From Histomonas meleagridis 2922-C6/04-290x (lineage: Eukaryota; Protista; Parabasalia): a DNA stretch of 64,000 bases. The stretch spans positions 496,001 to 560,000 of the forward strand of contig JAANOX010000258.1 in the NCBI GenBank assembly GCA_020184695.1, written 5' to 3'. Under the pieces are notes generated by a model. It made no database searches. It saw nothing but the letters and a program-made list of their open reading frames with translations, and was not told the origin of the DNA. The stretch's first letter is position 1. Each line of letters opens with the position of its first letter. Both the position numbers and the translations under genes were made by a program. Of this stretch, positions 62,911 through 64,000 are shown one piece after another.

Positions 62911-64000
62911 TGTTGTAAATATCTTTTTCTATCTCCTGAATATCATTTTTAATTTTGTCTTGATATAATATTTTCAATTGCAATGCTTTTTACTTTATAT
63001 AATGTAATTCTGATATTATCATAATATTCATTTATAACTTCGGAGGAAATTTCATTTTCAAATTGATTCTATATATTATTAAAATTTAAAAAAAAAGTTT
63101 GCACTAACTATATTAGAAGAATTAAAATTTCTTGAAATTAAAAACATTCGGTTCGCACTGGATTTAGTGAAGATTATTAAGATTCCGAAGGAAAATATCA
63201 GTCATTTAATAAAATTTCTTATTAAATTAAAAATTATTTCTTTCTAAAAGATGGCACTTCAAGGAAACTTGAAGAGTAGTATCTATTAATACTATATATT
63301 ATTAGACTTGGTACAATTGTCACTTTTCTTGTTTAAACATAACTATGATTAGTGTCTTGTTCTTGTATTCGCTGCCGAAGGTTTGATATACACTTTTCTA
63401 TGATAGATTTACTTACTTCTTCTATAGTGTATTCATATAATTGTGATATTGATTTATTCATAATATTAGTTTCGAGATCTCTTATTTCTGATTTAATGAT
63501 TCCTTCAACTTAGATTTTGAATTATTTCTGATGTTTTTGATGTTTTTCTCTTCAATTATTCGAGCAGAATTTTATATATTTTCTGATAATTTTTGAAATT
63601 GTTTTGTTTTAAAATTATTGATTTGGGGTTTTATATCCTAATAAATTGAACTACTTGAATTAACATCGTCGACAATTCTGGAACATAATCTACCGAATTT
63701 ATTATATTTATTTGAATTAAGGATCTCATAATGCATCATTTGATATGTGTCATGCCAATCTGTAAAATCCAAACGCACTAATCTAATGAAGAACAAATAG
63801 CATAAGAAAAACATTCATAAAAGCAAAAAATCAGATTTTATATATTGGTGAAGAAGAATTAAACTGTTAAATGTGAAGTGGTTAGAACGACAAAGAAACA
63901 ATGTGTATAAAAAAACACCTTAACCGCTTTCTATTCTGAAATATTCAAAGACTATTGAATCAGACATATTGGGTTAATGTTGCAACAAGAATACATTAAC

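Noticed and set aside
62000-64000. Possible kinase or coiled-coil gene at the right end
   Set aside because: Only short stop-ridden coding-like patches are present, with no diagnostic motif.

Overview
Very AT-rich eukaryotic DNA that looks parabasalid (Trichomonas/Tritrichomonas/Histomonas-like). This is an inference from the compact intronless genes, BspA-like LRR surface proteins, DUF3447/ankyrin relics, Pmp-like and beta-helix-RING proteins, and trichomonad-type promoter motifs. Housekeeping genes include eIF1, TRAPPC4, an AKTIP-like UEV, Rad17-like, a CK1-family kinase, a GRIP golgin, ARPC2, CRM1-like exportin, formin, a GNL3-like GTPase, ArfGAP and two head-to-head ABCB half-transporters. 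They alternate with decayed, transposon-rich blocks. These hold a Tc1-type MITE, a dead DD34E Tc1, a complete 2.75-kb Mutator-like element with 9-bp TSD, a 1.3-kb DD34D mariner with perfect 30-bp TIRs, a 0.9-kb (TTTA)n tract and a 0.8-kb minisatellite. The most unusual signal is in two paralogous ankyrin genes. Consecutive ankyrin repeats there are interrupted at the same codon position by AT-rich inserts of exactly 80, 80 and 160 nt, built from 20-nt units and lacking GT-AG ends. These are candidate non-canonical introns or a repeat-targeting element. Other leads are a phage/bacterial-type hypothetical gene, a bacterial-type PARG, a stand-alone RNase III, an INTS7-like protein, an OB-fold apparently fused to the MULE transposase, and a CRM1 lacking the leptomycin-reactive Cys. 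All family assignments come from motif recognition by eye; no searches were run.
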